DNA of 64,000 nt from contig CP075494.1 in the NCBI GenBank assembly GCA_021613535.1, forward strand, positions 14,570,001 to 14,634,000. The letters run 5' to 3'. Made by a program: the position numbers and the translations under genes. Shown in pieces: positions 53,501-64,000 of this stretch; within the stretch, counting starts at the first letter, position 1, and the number at the start of each line of letters is the position of its first letter. The stretch comes from Adineta vaga (lineage: Eukaryota; Animalia; Rotifera). Under the pieces are notes generated by a model, which ran no database searches, was not told the DNA's origin, and saw only the letters and a list, made by a program, of their open reading frames with translations.

Positions 53501-54571
53501 AACATTCATTATCATTTCAATCGTATCTGATTAAACCTGTTCAACGTATACTTAAATATCCATTATTTCTTCAACAAATGTTTGCTTTTTGTAATTCGGA
53601 TGTAAATCATCAGTTTTATTCGAAAGAACTTTCTAAATTAAAACGAACAATTAAATTAATGAATAAAATTAATAAATATATCAATTCAATGCAACAACTC
53701 TACGAAGATTTCGGTCAATCATTTGAATCATTTACTCGAAATTCGAAAGAACAATTTAAGAAAGTATGAGAAATAAATGTATGAAATTATTTGCATTTTG
53801 TTTTCGATTTAGATCATTGAATTAAATCTTCCAGATCTTTATGCTTATGGAGAAATGAATTGGATTAATATGTATCGATTTCTTTCGAAGAAAAATGTTC
53901 AATGTTTACGAACATATTGTTTTGTTTTTCGAAATGGTTGTCTTTTGTTAGTACGTGAACACATACAGAAGAAAAATCCGGTAATTTGTTTGTTCTCTTT
54001 TTCATAAGAGATTCGCGATCTTTTTCTAGGATGGATTATACAATTCTCAAATCAATAAGAATTCATCAGATCATTTTCTTTGTTTTTTACCAATAAAAGA
54101 TGTACAAGCAGAAATGATTCAATTTGAAAATAAATCATCGAATCATACATGGCAGTTAATTCAAACAGATCCAATTACTCAATTGAAACGATATTATCAT
54201 TTTGCGAATAAGTAAATCGATATCATTTGTTCCTTTCGTATTTGATATTTCTATGAAGTATTTTTAGAGATGCACAAACATTCGTTAAGACAATTAATAG
54301 TTGTATTTCGAAAATAAAATGGCAATCGAATGATTTCATTCGATTGACACAACCATCTGAATCAGTCGAAGTATCTTCTTATCCGAAACGTATTCCATCA
54401 AGTCGTTCTTGTCATGATTTTTCTATGAGATACTCATTATTAAATCAAAATGGAGAAAAAATTCGTTCGAGAACGAATCGACAAAGTCCATCTCCAGTTT
54501 GGAAACGACGTGGAACAATATGTTTAAGAAAACGACCGTCATCAATGACAAACAGTAAACATAATAATTGA
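50545..54571 (+). CDS. TIAM/Still-life-like Rac GEF (PH-CC-Ex, RBD-like, PDZ, DH-PH); 5' end uncertain
   Basis: PH (GWLNVKHWL...WKRFWIWLKDCHLHFY...WIDCIHSNC), PDZ-like (GVIKDDEIIMINN) and DH ([43 protein letters not shown]), in TIAM order. The first in-frame ATG seen is at 50594. Splicing around 51876-52250 is ambiguous. Confidence 0.85.
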
Positions 54572-54839
54572 TTTTTTTTCAATGTAGTTATATTTCTTGA
54601 AATTCATCGATTTTTCGTGGTGCTTTCTATAAATAATTTGTAAATATGAGTGTGTTACATTAAATACTGATTATTGAATATATTCTTACATCAGAACAAA
54701 TTTTATGTTTTTCAAATGTGATAAAAAGTTAATTAGTTTATTCATAGGATGAAAAAGAAAAAGAAAAAGATGAGTTTTATAATCAAATGTTCCAATATGT
54801 ATCTAAAAAGAGAATTGATATAAATATATAAACCTGCGA

Positions 54840-56800
54840 TTAATCATTCACTGTTGAGACAGTTGTCATAGACAGTGAGTTAGGTTGGCGTCTATTTTTT
54901 ATATGATTTAAAGCTATATCAGAAGAACTTATTATACTGACAGATGATGAACTTGTTGTAATGTCTTTCTCCTTTGATACACTAGGAATAGCCATATTCG
55001 TAGATACGATGTTTTTGTTGTTTCGTTCTTCTCTTTCTATTGAACTATCGTAGCTTAATAATAATTGTTTAACATGATTATTTTCAGTTGGAACTAACTG
55101 ATGAATATTTTGTAATACATAAGCTACTGAAGACGGATGGCCTAATTTGAAATAAAAGTAAGCCTTTTAAATAGAAGATGTAAAACATGCTTTATACTCA
55201 CCATCAACAAAATCATTGCTTGGTATTTTACTTGTGCGTGTAGGATCGACATTGCGCCTTTTATAACGTGAATTCATAGTAGTTGTTGGTTCCTTCCTTC
55301 GCTTCTTTTTTGCTACTTTTTTTAAAGTTACTGATGAACTGCACGTAGAGCAAGATGTCTTTGAATCATCTGAGCAATCTGATGATCTTGTGTAAGAGCT
55401 ATCCGTAGTGCGGTCAGAGTTTTGACTTGGTTGACCATTCCAATACGTTTTGCATGATTTGATCAGATTGGGAGCGTCTGTTCTTAATAATGGCTCTATT
55501 TCTTGTGCAACCTCAGTAATCTTTTGACTGCAATGTGGATATGTATTTTTTGAGTACCAAGATTCTCTAGACGAATCAATTCTATTGACAAATTCATCAG
55601 AGATGATCACTGCACCTGGTGGAAGCGGTGGAAGATTATTTGACCTTGAACCATCTGCGGAGTACGTATTCACATGAGGATAATGTTGATAATCATTATT
55701 TGCATCCTGAACATGTTGTGCTACTGTTGGTTGACGAAGTAATGGTGTCATTCGACCATGATTATCTGGTCGAACGTTTGGATTCGAAGCATCACCTGGA
55801 ATATGATGACATGCAGAACAATGTTGTATCCAACAATGACTTGTGACTGGAATGTTTAATGGAGGTGGTGCAGGAACACATGCACGACATGTACTTGGAT
55901 AAGAACTGTTCGATGGTGGAACTACTGGTGGAAAAGAATAGTTTGGCGCAAATGACTGTCCTGATTGATAGTTTGATGTGAATGGAAGAACGGCCACAGG
56001 GTTCGAGTATTTTTGCATCACCATTTGTTGAATTCCAGGTGTCAATGGTAGTGATGATATCTGAGGTAGAGGCGGTGGTAATGGTAATGAACACAGAGGT
56101 TGTGACATACGATTGAATGAGAATGGTGGCATTGCCTAAAATATCAACGGTGATCATGTTAAAAACAGAAAGTTTATGAGGAGATATGTCTTACCGGTGT
56201 CACATTACATGGTTGTTGTGGACATGATGAAGATGGTGGAATGAAGATGACACGAATCTTTGGTGGTAATTGACTTATATTTTGATAGTTTGAATAGTTC
56301 CTATTTCCCAAAGACGGATATGGATAGCGTGATAGATTTGGATATCTTAGACTTCTATTCGAAGTATAACTTGAAATTCCTGGATCGCCATAAACTGGAT
56401 AAGGAAAATAACGTACTTCTCTTTCAAATTGATACACTGGACCTGCATTATAATTCGAAGGATATGATCTCGAATAAGTTGCTAATGGCAAAGCACTGTC
56501 TGGCGATTTCCATTGATGATTGTTCTTTTTTTTTAAGTATGGCCAAGTATATTGAGATTGATATTGACTGTAAGAATTAGTTGAATGCATCGGTTCCATT
56601 CTAGAACGTTCATATTGATTGAAGGCAGTTAATGGATATTTATCAATCGGATGAGAGGACGTTTGATAGTAGGGTTGTATTGGATAGAAATATGAGTAAA
56701 ATAGATGCGAGCTGATTAAATTTTGATTTTGATAATAGTTTCTTCTTTGTGAAAGAGCATCAGTATAAACTGGAGAAGAAGAATTATAATAATTATACAT
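54840..56800 (-). CDS. Uncharacterised Tyr/Pro/Ser/Gln-rich low-complexity protein with a Cys/His cluster (paralog B; introns 56194-56136 and 55201-55142)
   Basis: ORFs 56174-56800 and 55167-56132 join through a 59-nt GT-AG intron. A second 60-nt intron leads into an open last exon ending VND* at 54840. Confidence 0.75.
55592..56558 (-). repeat. Duplicated central cassette, copy in paralog B
   Basis: Near-identical to 58581-59706, including the intron, except for a 159-nt in-frame indel. Confidence 0.95.
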
Positions 56801-57804
56801 AACTAATATTACTATGTTTCAATTATTTTTCAAAGTCGATATAAATTGAAATATAAGAATATTTGATCGACGAAGAAATCAAAAAGATCTAGAAGAATTA
56901 AATTATCATATCGTTCAATCTGTTAAATAGACGATTTTAATATTACTGAAAAATTGGTTTAAAATAAAGTTCTACAAATTACAACGAAAAATATATTCAA
57001 CGGTAATAACTATTGCAAATAAGATATTCACGATATTGATTGATAACCTATTGCTCAAGGAAAGAAGAAGTTTATAATCAATAGTGATGGTGAACTGCGA
57101 TAAAAAAGAGACCAGATGCTCAGTATTAAACATCGGGAAGGAGAAAGGTGAGGTTACCTTCCAAGTGATCATCGTTTTATCATAATCAATGTCATTTGAA
57201 AAGGATACGATAAAACAAGTATAAACATATGTCTATCTCGATGGTAGTTAATCATTTTTTTCGTTACGGTTGAAAATATCTTCAAAAATGCGGAAGGTCT
57301 AATCGAGTTTTTAAGTCTCGAATCAATCATCTACACATCATTATTTGTATTCGAATGAGCTTCATTAAAGAGACTAATCTGAATAAAATTAAAACAAATT
57401 CATATAATCATCTTAATGACTCAACATTGAAATCTTGCGATAAATATGAAATATAATATGATGATACAAAGTATTTACTTGTTTGAACCGACTTTTATTC
57501 CTCCTATCAGTTCTATCATTAAAAATACAATACTTTCATATAAAATTACAAAAAAAAACTGTGTATTCATATTGTACATAGTTATAAGGAGATAGCATTT
57601 AATTTACTTTCTTTTATTTCAATTTCAATCTTTTATATATTTCTTCCGGTTGATAAAGACAATTTGTTCTTCTATAGAATATTATTCAATTCTACAAATT
57701 ATTTAAGACAAAAAGAAAATGATAAACTATAGTCTATATAGGTATGTATGTATTTATAAATGTCAGTAAATAGGTTTTTAAGATACTGGATCATTTTCAT
57801 CCTT

Positions 57805-59963
57805 TTAATCTGTTTTAGTTGTTGTTGTCGGAGAAACGGAACCGCGATCTTTATTGATAGTGGCTGACGTTGTATCCAATGAACTAGCACTGTTTGTCAT
57901 TGAAGAAATTCTTCTAAGACGTTTTAGTGTACCAGTACGACCTTCATGTCGTTCTGATCGATATGATATGAAAGGACGATTTGGAATAGATTTCTTCTCA
58001 TTTTCTGCTTGTGAATCAAAAGCAATGGATTGTGGTCGATTGAAATGATGATTTTTTCGGGGAAGAAAAAGACTTGATTTCGTATTAGAAGTCGCAATAG
58101 ATGTTCTATCATCATCATCATCACTTGATTTTGACTGTTCATTGGAATGGTAGATAGCTTGTAAATCAGGAGTTTGATGACGATAACGAAGATTAATCAT
58201 ACGTGCCATAGCTGTGAATTGTTTGTCAGCTAACTTCTGTTCTGTATTAGCTACATAGTTAGCAGTGTTTGTATCAGCGCTACTTTTCGATAGTTTAGAT
58301 ATCGAGACAGTTGATGAATTAAGCGAAGGTCGATTGTCACGAGCATACGATCGAGGTGGCGATGTTTTCATATTAGATAGATCTCTATACGGTGGTGTCC
58401 GAGAATTCGATAGTTTTTTACGATTAGATTTTTTTGTGACCTCTCTACTATTTTGACTCTTACTAGTACTAAATGTTGAATATGCTTCAGATCGTGGTAC
58501 TGAGTTTTCCACACGTGGATGTTCTACTGGATATCTTTGGTTGTATTGTTGTGTTGCAACTAAATCATTTCGTGGAATATATTCATCAGAGATGATCACT
58601 GCACCTGGTGGAAGCGGTGGAAGATTATTTAACTTTGAACCATCTGCGGAGTACGTATTCACATGAGGATAATGTTGATAATCATTATTTGCATCCTGAA
58701 CATGTTGCGCCACTGTTGGTTGACGAAGTAATGGTGTCATTCGACCATGATTATCTGGTCGAACGTTTGGATTCGAAGCATCACCTGGAACATGATGACA
58801 TGCAGAACAATGTTGCATCCAACAATGACTTGTGACTGGAATGTTTAATGGAGGTGGTGCAGGAACACATGCACGACATGTACTTGGATAAGAACTGTTC
58901 GATGGTTGAGACATAGATGCATCTACAGTAGGGTAGGTTGGTGGAGAAAAGGCATTGTATGATGACACTGGGACGTTGTTTGATGGAAGAGCTGGAGCAG
59001 CATAAGACTGTGGAGCATACTGGCATGGTGGTGCAACTGGCGTTGGCATCGTTAAGGGTTGTTGTGGAACTACTGGTGGAAAAGAATAGTTTGGCGCAAA
59101 TGATTGTCCTGATTGATAGTTTGATGTGAATGGAAGTATGGCCACAGGATTCGAGTATTTTTGCATTACCATTTGTTGAGTACCTGGTGTCAATGGTAGT
59201 GATGATATCTGAGGTAGAGGTGGTGGTAATGGTAATGAACACAAAGGTTGTGACATACGATTGAATAAGAATGGTGGCATTGCCTAAAACACCAACAATG
59301 CTCATGTTAAAAACAGAAAGTTTATGAGGAGATGTGTCTTACCGGTGTAACATTACATGGTTGTTGTGGACATGATGAAGATGGTGGAATGAAGATGACA
59401 CGAATCTTTGGTGGTAATTGACTTATATTTTGATAGTTTGAATAGTTCCTATTTCCCAAAGACGGATATGGATAGCGTGATAGATTTGGATATCTCAGAC
59501 TTCTATTCGAAGTATAACTTGAAATTCCTGGATCGCCATAAACTGGATAAGGAAAATAACGCACTTCTCTTTCAAATTGATATACTGGACCTGCATTATA
59601 ATTCGAAGGATATGATCTCGAATAAGTTGCTAATGGAAAAGCACTGTCTGGCGATTTCCATTGATGATTATTCTTTTTTTTAAAGTATGGCCATGTGTAT
59701 TGAGATCGATATCGGTCATCGTATTGATATGAAGATCCTAGTCTTGGATTAGGTATACCATATTGATGAAAGGTAGTTGATGCATAGTTGGGATTGGCAA
59801 AAAAAGTTGTTTGATAATTCGCTTGTCTTGAATAGTAAGATGGAAAGAATGGTTGTTGTCGGAAATATTCTTTATCTTTTCGATAATAACTATGTTGCTT
59901 ATTAGAATCAAGGTGATTTTGATAGTAATAGTTATGATAATATTGTTGAGCATATGCAGACAT
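57805..59963 (-). CDS. Uncharacterised Tyr/Pro/Ser/Gln-rich low-complexity protein with a Cys/His cluster (paralog A; intron 59342-59284)
   Basis: ORFs 59322-59963 and 57805-59280 join through a 59-nt GT-AG intron. Shares its central block with paralog B. Confidence 0.8.
58581..59706 (-). repeat. Duplicated central cassette, copy in paralog A
   Basis: Near-identical to 55592-56558 and carries 53 extra codons (QQPLTMP...ASMSQ). Confidence 0.95.
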
Positions 59964-61272
59964 ATTGCAAATATTTAGATTTAAATTTTACTTTCTAATA
60001 AATTCGAATCAATAATAGATCAACATATATATAACAATGAAACTTGACCATGATCAACAGAAACCATCATTCATCTGACTTAGTACTAATCGTTACTGTT
60101 GTACACCAATAGACAAGTATCATATAAGGCTTGCAACGATTTATATACATAAATAACTATTATGATTCACATATAAATCTTTTCCTTGAGCAAAAACTTG
60201 TTTACCATTTTTCGTATTCATTTTAGTGTTATATCTAATTGTCTAATCGAACAATATTATGCAATTATTAAACCTTGAAGATCATATGTATCACAAAAAA
60301 AAACGAAAGAAAGAAATCATTGAGATACGAATAAACCGCACCTGTATTCAAGGGCGTCTTCTTTGGTACGTAACACTCGTGATTATCAATAATATATTAG
60401 TGTGAAAATAATACTTTCAACAGGACAGATACGAAATTATCAACATTCTGTTTTACATGATACACAGTTAGTTAATACTCTATATGTGCATATAAATATG
60501 ACTATTAGTATACGTCCTTTATGTCAATAAAATGAAGGAGGTCTCGAAAACACCGATATATTATTGTAATCAATATTGATAAAAATATTTTCATATAATC
60601 TATCAAGTTCATCGTATTTATCAAATGTTGAATGGATTTGTATCTGTATATTTGAAAATAGAAACCTAAAAGCTTATCATTCACAATTACTGATTAAATG
60701 AGAAACAAAGAATGACCTTTCAATTTATTTTCTCGTATTACTGATAAGACAAAACGAAAACACATCAATGTGAAATGTTTTGCATCATAATAGATTTAGT
60801 TTTTCAATGTCATTACATACCGAATTCTTTGGATTCTTCGTTTTTTTTCTTCAACTGATGAATAATTGAATTTTTCATTTAGTTGAATACCTAATCTGTA
60901 TTACATACAATCATTTCGATCATAGTTAAATAGCTGATCTTTTTCTCTTATGCATTCATCACTCCTTCGTTCATTCTTCTTTTGTTGGATATACATACTG
61001 GACATTGAATCTTCTTCATTTCTCTCTCTCTCTCTTCTTCTTCTTCTTCTTTTGACAATTAACATTCAGTGTAAAACAAACAATGACATATGCACGCAGA
61101 AGAGAAAGAAGAAGAAAAAATTCGACGATGTACATAATCATTGAACGAAATCAATTCGAATAGTTGCATTCACACAACAAGTCGCTTAGACTATAGTTGC
61201 CTTTCATTGTTGTGATCATTTACTTTTCTTCTTCTTCTTCATCATTCGTAATCGATTGAATATTTTGCAAAC

Positions 61273-64000
61273 ATGTCAAGATGCAAAGATTATTTCTTAT
61301 GTATATGCTTTTTATACATATTGACAGGTACGTTTTAGTAGTTAGCATTTGATTAATTATCTTTAATATCATTTATTTTTGTCTTAAAGATTTGCTTCAT
61401 GCAAAACACCAAACAATTTATGTACCAAGTGAAATCTTTTCATCTTCACAAAAAATAAATACTTCGAATGATTCAAAACTTTTCGAAGAAAAAACAGAAA
61501 ATAGTACACATGCATTGAATGATGTTTCAATATTAGCTACAGAGAATGAGAATAATGATTTTCATTATCGAGAACCATTACCAACTCATGAACAATCAAA
61601 TAATTCGACAAGTTCATATGATCAGAATGAATTGACATTTGATACATCGAATTTAACTCATCTTTTTCAAAAACAATCAAATAATTCCAATGCAATGTTT
61701 GAACAAATAGCACGACAATTAACTGATCGAAAAATAATGCAATCACTTGTTCATTTAATTCCACCAAATCTATGGGCACAAATTCAAAATAATCGATCAT
61801 TCTTTCAACCAAATCACACTCAATATGGCAAACCATCACTTCCAAATCCTGTTATACTTGCTGAAGCAGCTGCACAAGCTGGTTTATCTGGACCAGGACC
61901 ATATCCTATACCAGAGCATTTATGGCCTCGAAATCCATTACATATAATGACAAAACCATTCACACCTCGTAAATTTTAAAAGAAATAACATTAATTTTAA
62001 AAAAGAACTTCTTGTTTGTTTTCTCCTAGGTCCAATTACACGACTTTCTACGACAACTTCAACTACAACTCTACGACCTCGACCCTATATACCAATAAAA
62101 GCTGCTCCAGCTCTCCCTATAAATGATAATAAATATTCTTTAATTACTCAGATGGGTTTTACATGTCCACTTGGTGCTAATAATATTCGTTATCCCGATC
62201 GACGATTATGTAATATGTATTTTACTTGTTCATTATCGGGTTTACCTGAACCAAATCTTTGCCCTGAAGGTTATCTTTTCTCTGATATTACACATGATTG
62301 TGAAATATCTTCACGCGTGAATTGTGGAGAACGTTTATCAGCATTTTTTGAAGTTGAAGAAACAAAACCTACTCCAACAACAACTTCACCAAAACCATAC
62401 ACTACATCAGCATCATCAGCATCACGATCACATTCACTGATAGTTAATGCTACTATTGAATGTGTTCTTGGTGAAGATGGTTACTTTGAAGATCCATTAT
62501 ATTGTAATATCTATCATCATTGTATTGCTGGTGTTGATTATATTGAACCTTGTCCAAACCAATTAGCTTGGAATGAACAACGTAAAATGTGTGATTGGTA
62601 ATGAAATATTTTCTTTGCTATGATTCTTTTTTATGTTTGTTCAATGAATTCATTTTTAGGACGACGAATGTCAATTGTACAGGAAAATCAATGCCCGTTG
62701 TACAAAGTAAAACATCATTTTGTACGAATCGACAAGATGGTCGTTATGCATCAGAAACATATTGTAATGTCTTTCATGATTGTATTGGTGGAGTTGATAA
62801 TATTGTTCGATGTACGGGAGAATTACAATGGGATGATGACAAAAAAGAATGTGGATGGAAATCAGTAGTTCGATGTGGTGCACCAAAGAAAATGTTACCA
62901 AATGACAATAAATTGAATTCAACCTTTTGTACGGGGAAAACAGATGGGTAAGAAATATTCAAATTGTTTTCTTTGTAGTATTCATATAATCTATTCAAAT
63001 ATAGATTAGTTGTTGTTTAACAATTTGATCTTTTCTACAAGGTCGAAAAGATTCGTCTCACGTGATCCTAAGATTAAAAGGTTTATTTTCTTTGTTAGGT
63101 TTCGATTTGCTATTAGTTAAGTTCGGACACCTCTCTCGTGTGTACTAATAATGATCTCATAGGTTTTTACTTCGAATATAACTATATAATATGTTTAAAA
63201 ATAGATCATATCCTCATGAAGAATATTGTAATGTTTATCATGTGTGTGAAGCTGGTACGGATAGTATGCGTCAATGTCCTAATCAATTGTTTTGGGATAA
63301 TGAACAACAGAAATGTGAATGGTCAAATAAAGTTCATTGTTCTGGACGAACACTTGTTGCACTTTCCATGGAATCGAATGTATTCTGTGCAGAAAAATCT
63401 GATGGTTTCTATATTGATCAACATTGTAAGTTGGTTTGAATGAATCTATCTTCTAGAATTCCAATGAAATTTTAGATTGTAATGTTTATCATCAATGTAT
63501 GGCTGATATGGATGTAAAATTACAATGTCCTGAACGATTAGTATTCAATGAAACATTGAAACGATGTGATTGGCCGGAAACTACAAGCTGCAAAAGTGGA
63601 AATATTTTAGTTGAAGAAGATGATGATAGTCATAAAGGATTTTGTTCGGATAAAGTAAATCAATGAAGTTTTATTCGAAAAAATAAATCAAATTTTTGTT
63701 CATTTTAGCCAAATGGAAATTTTGCTCATGAAAAATATTGTAATCGTTATTATATTTGTCAAAATGGTAAAGATGTTGTCTTTACTTGTCAAAATAATTT
63801 ACGATATTCCATTGAAAAAAATGAATGTGATTGGGCTATAAATGTGAAGTGTCATGGCAAAGAAGATTTCATGTGGGAAGGAATTAAAGAAAACTTTTGT
63901 AAACGTTTAGTAAGTATTATTTAGATTTCATTTGTTTGTATGAATATGTGATTAATAGCCGGATGGAAATTATCCCGACGCGAAATATTGTAATACATTT
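61273..64000 (+). CDS. Secreted multi-domain chitin-binding protein (peritrophin-A/CBM14, at least 7 domains); runs off the window end
   Basis: Signal peptide MSRCKDYFLCICFLYILTDLLHA after splicing, Thr/Pro linkers, and repeated six-Cys units such as CVLGEDGYFEDPLYCNIYHHC...CPNQLAWNEQRKMCDW...C. Confidence 0.92.

Noticed and set aside
55619-59683. Duplicated alternative-frame and antisense ORFs (55619-55846, 55792-56157, 56260-56580, 58608-58835, 58781-59305, 59408-59683)
   Set aside because: They are shadows of the low-complexity coding cassette and recur only because the DNA is duplicated.
1-64000. Most remaining 60-120 aa ORFs in the track; rRNA, tRNA, CRISPR arrays, transposases
   Set aside because: The short ORFs are exon fragments with intron read-through or antisense shadows. 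I found no RNA-gene, repeat-spacer or transposase/RT signatures by eye; tRNAscan and Infernal were not run.

Overview
AT-rich, gene-dense animal genomic DNA with many ~50-60 nt GT-AG introns. Composition, intron size and the intronless LDLa/EGF-7TM receptor suggest a bdelloid rotifer (Adineta/Rotaria-like), but that is an inference. I can support 16 protein-coding genes: integrin alpha with an antisense histamine H3/H4-like GPCR nested in its one long intron, CCDC105/TEKTL1, GNPDA, CPT2, a divergent C2-domain protein, a kinesin-6 (KIF20-like), a 1601-aa intronless LDLa/EGF-rhodopsin GPCR, an SLC49A4/DIRC2 transporter, an LRR protein, GCC2 golgin, SPEN, a TIAM/Sif RhoGEF, two tandem low-complexity paralogs, and a multi-CBM14 chitin-binding protein cut off by the window end. 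I saw no rRNA, tRNA, CRISPR array, autonomous transposon or clear horizontally acquired gene. The most unusual structures are: (1) the intronless giant GPCR bracketed by near-identical direct repeats, one starting right after its stop codon; (2) two neighbouring genes sharing a near-identical ~1 kb core but with unrelated ends; (3) the nested receptor whose candidate polyA signal lies in a host coding exon; (4) a decayed duplicate of the GCC2 3' end; (5) a small TSD-flanked insertion at a TIAM splice acceptor. None of these is proof of a new system. Exon models were assembled by eye and need RNA-seq confirmation.
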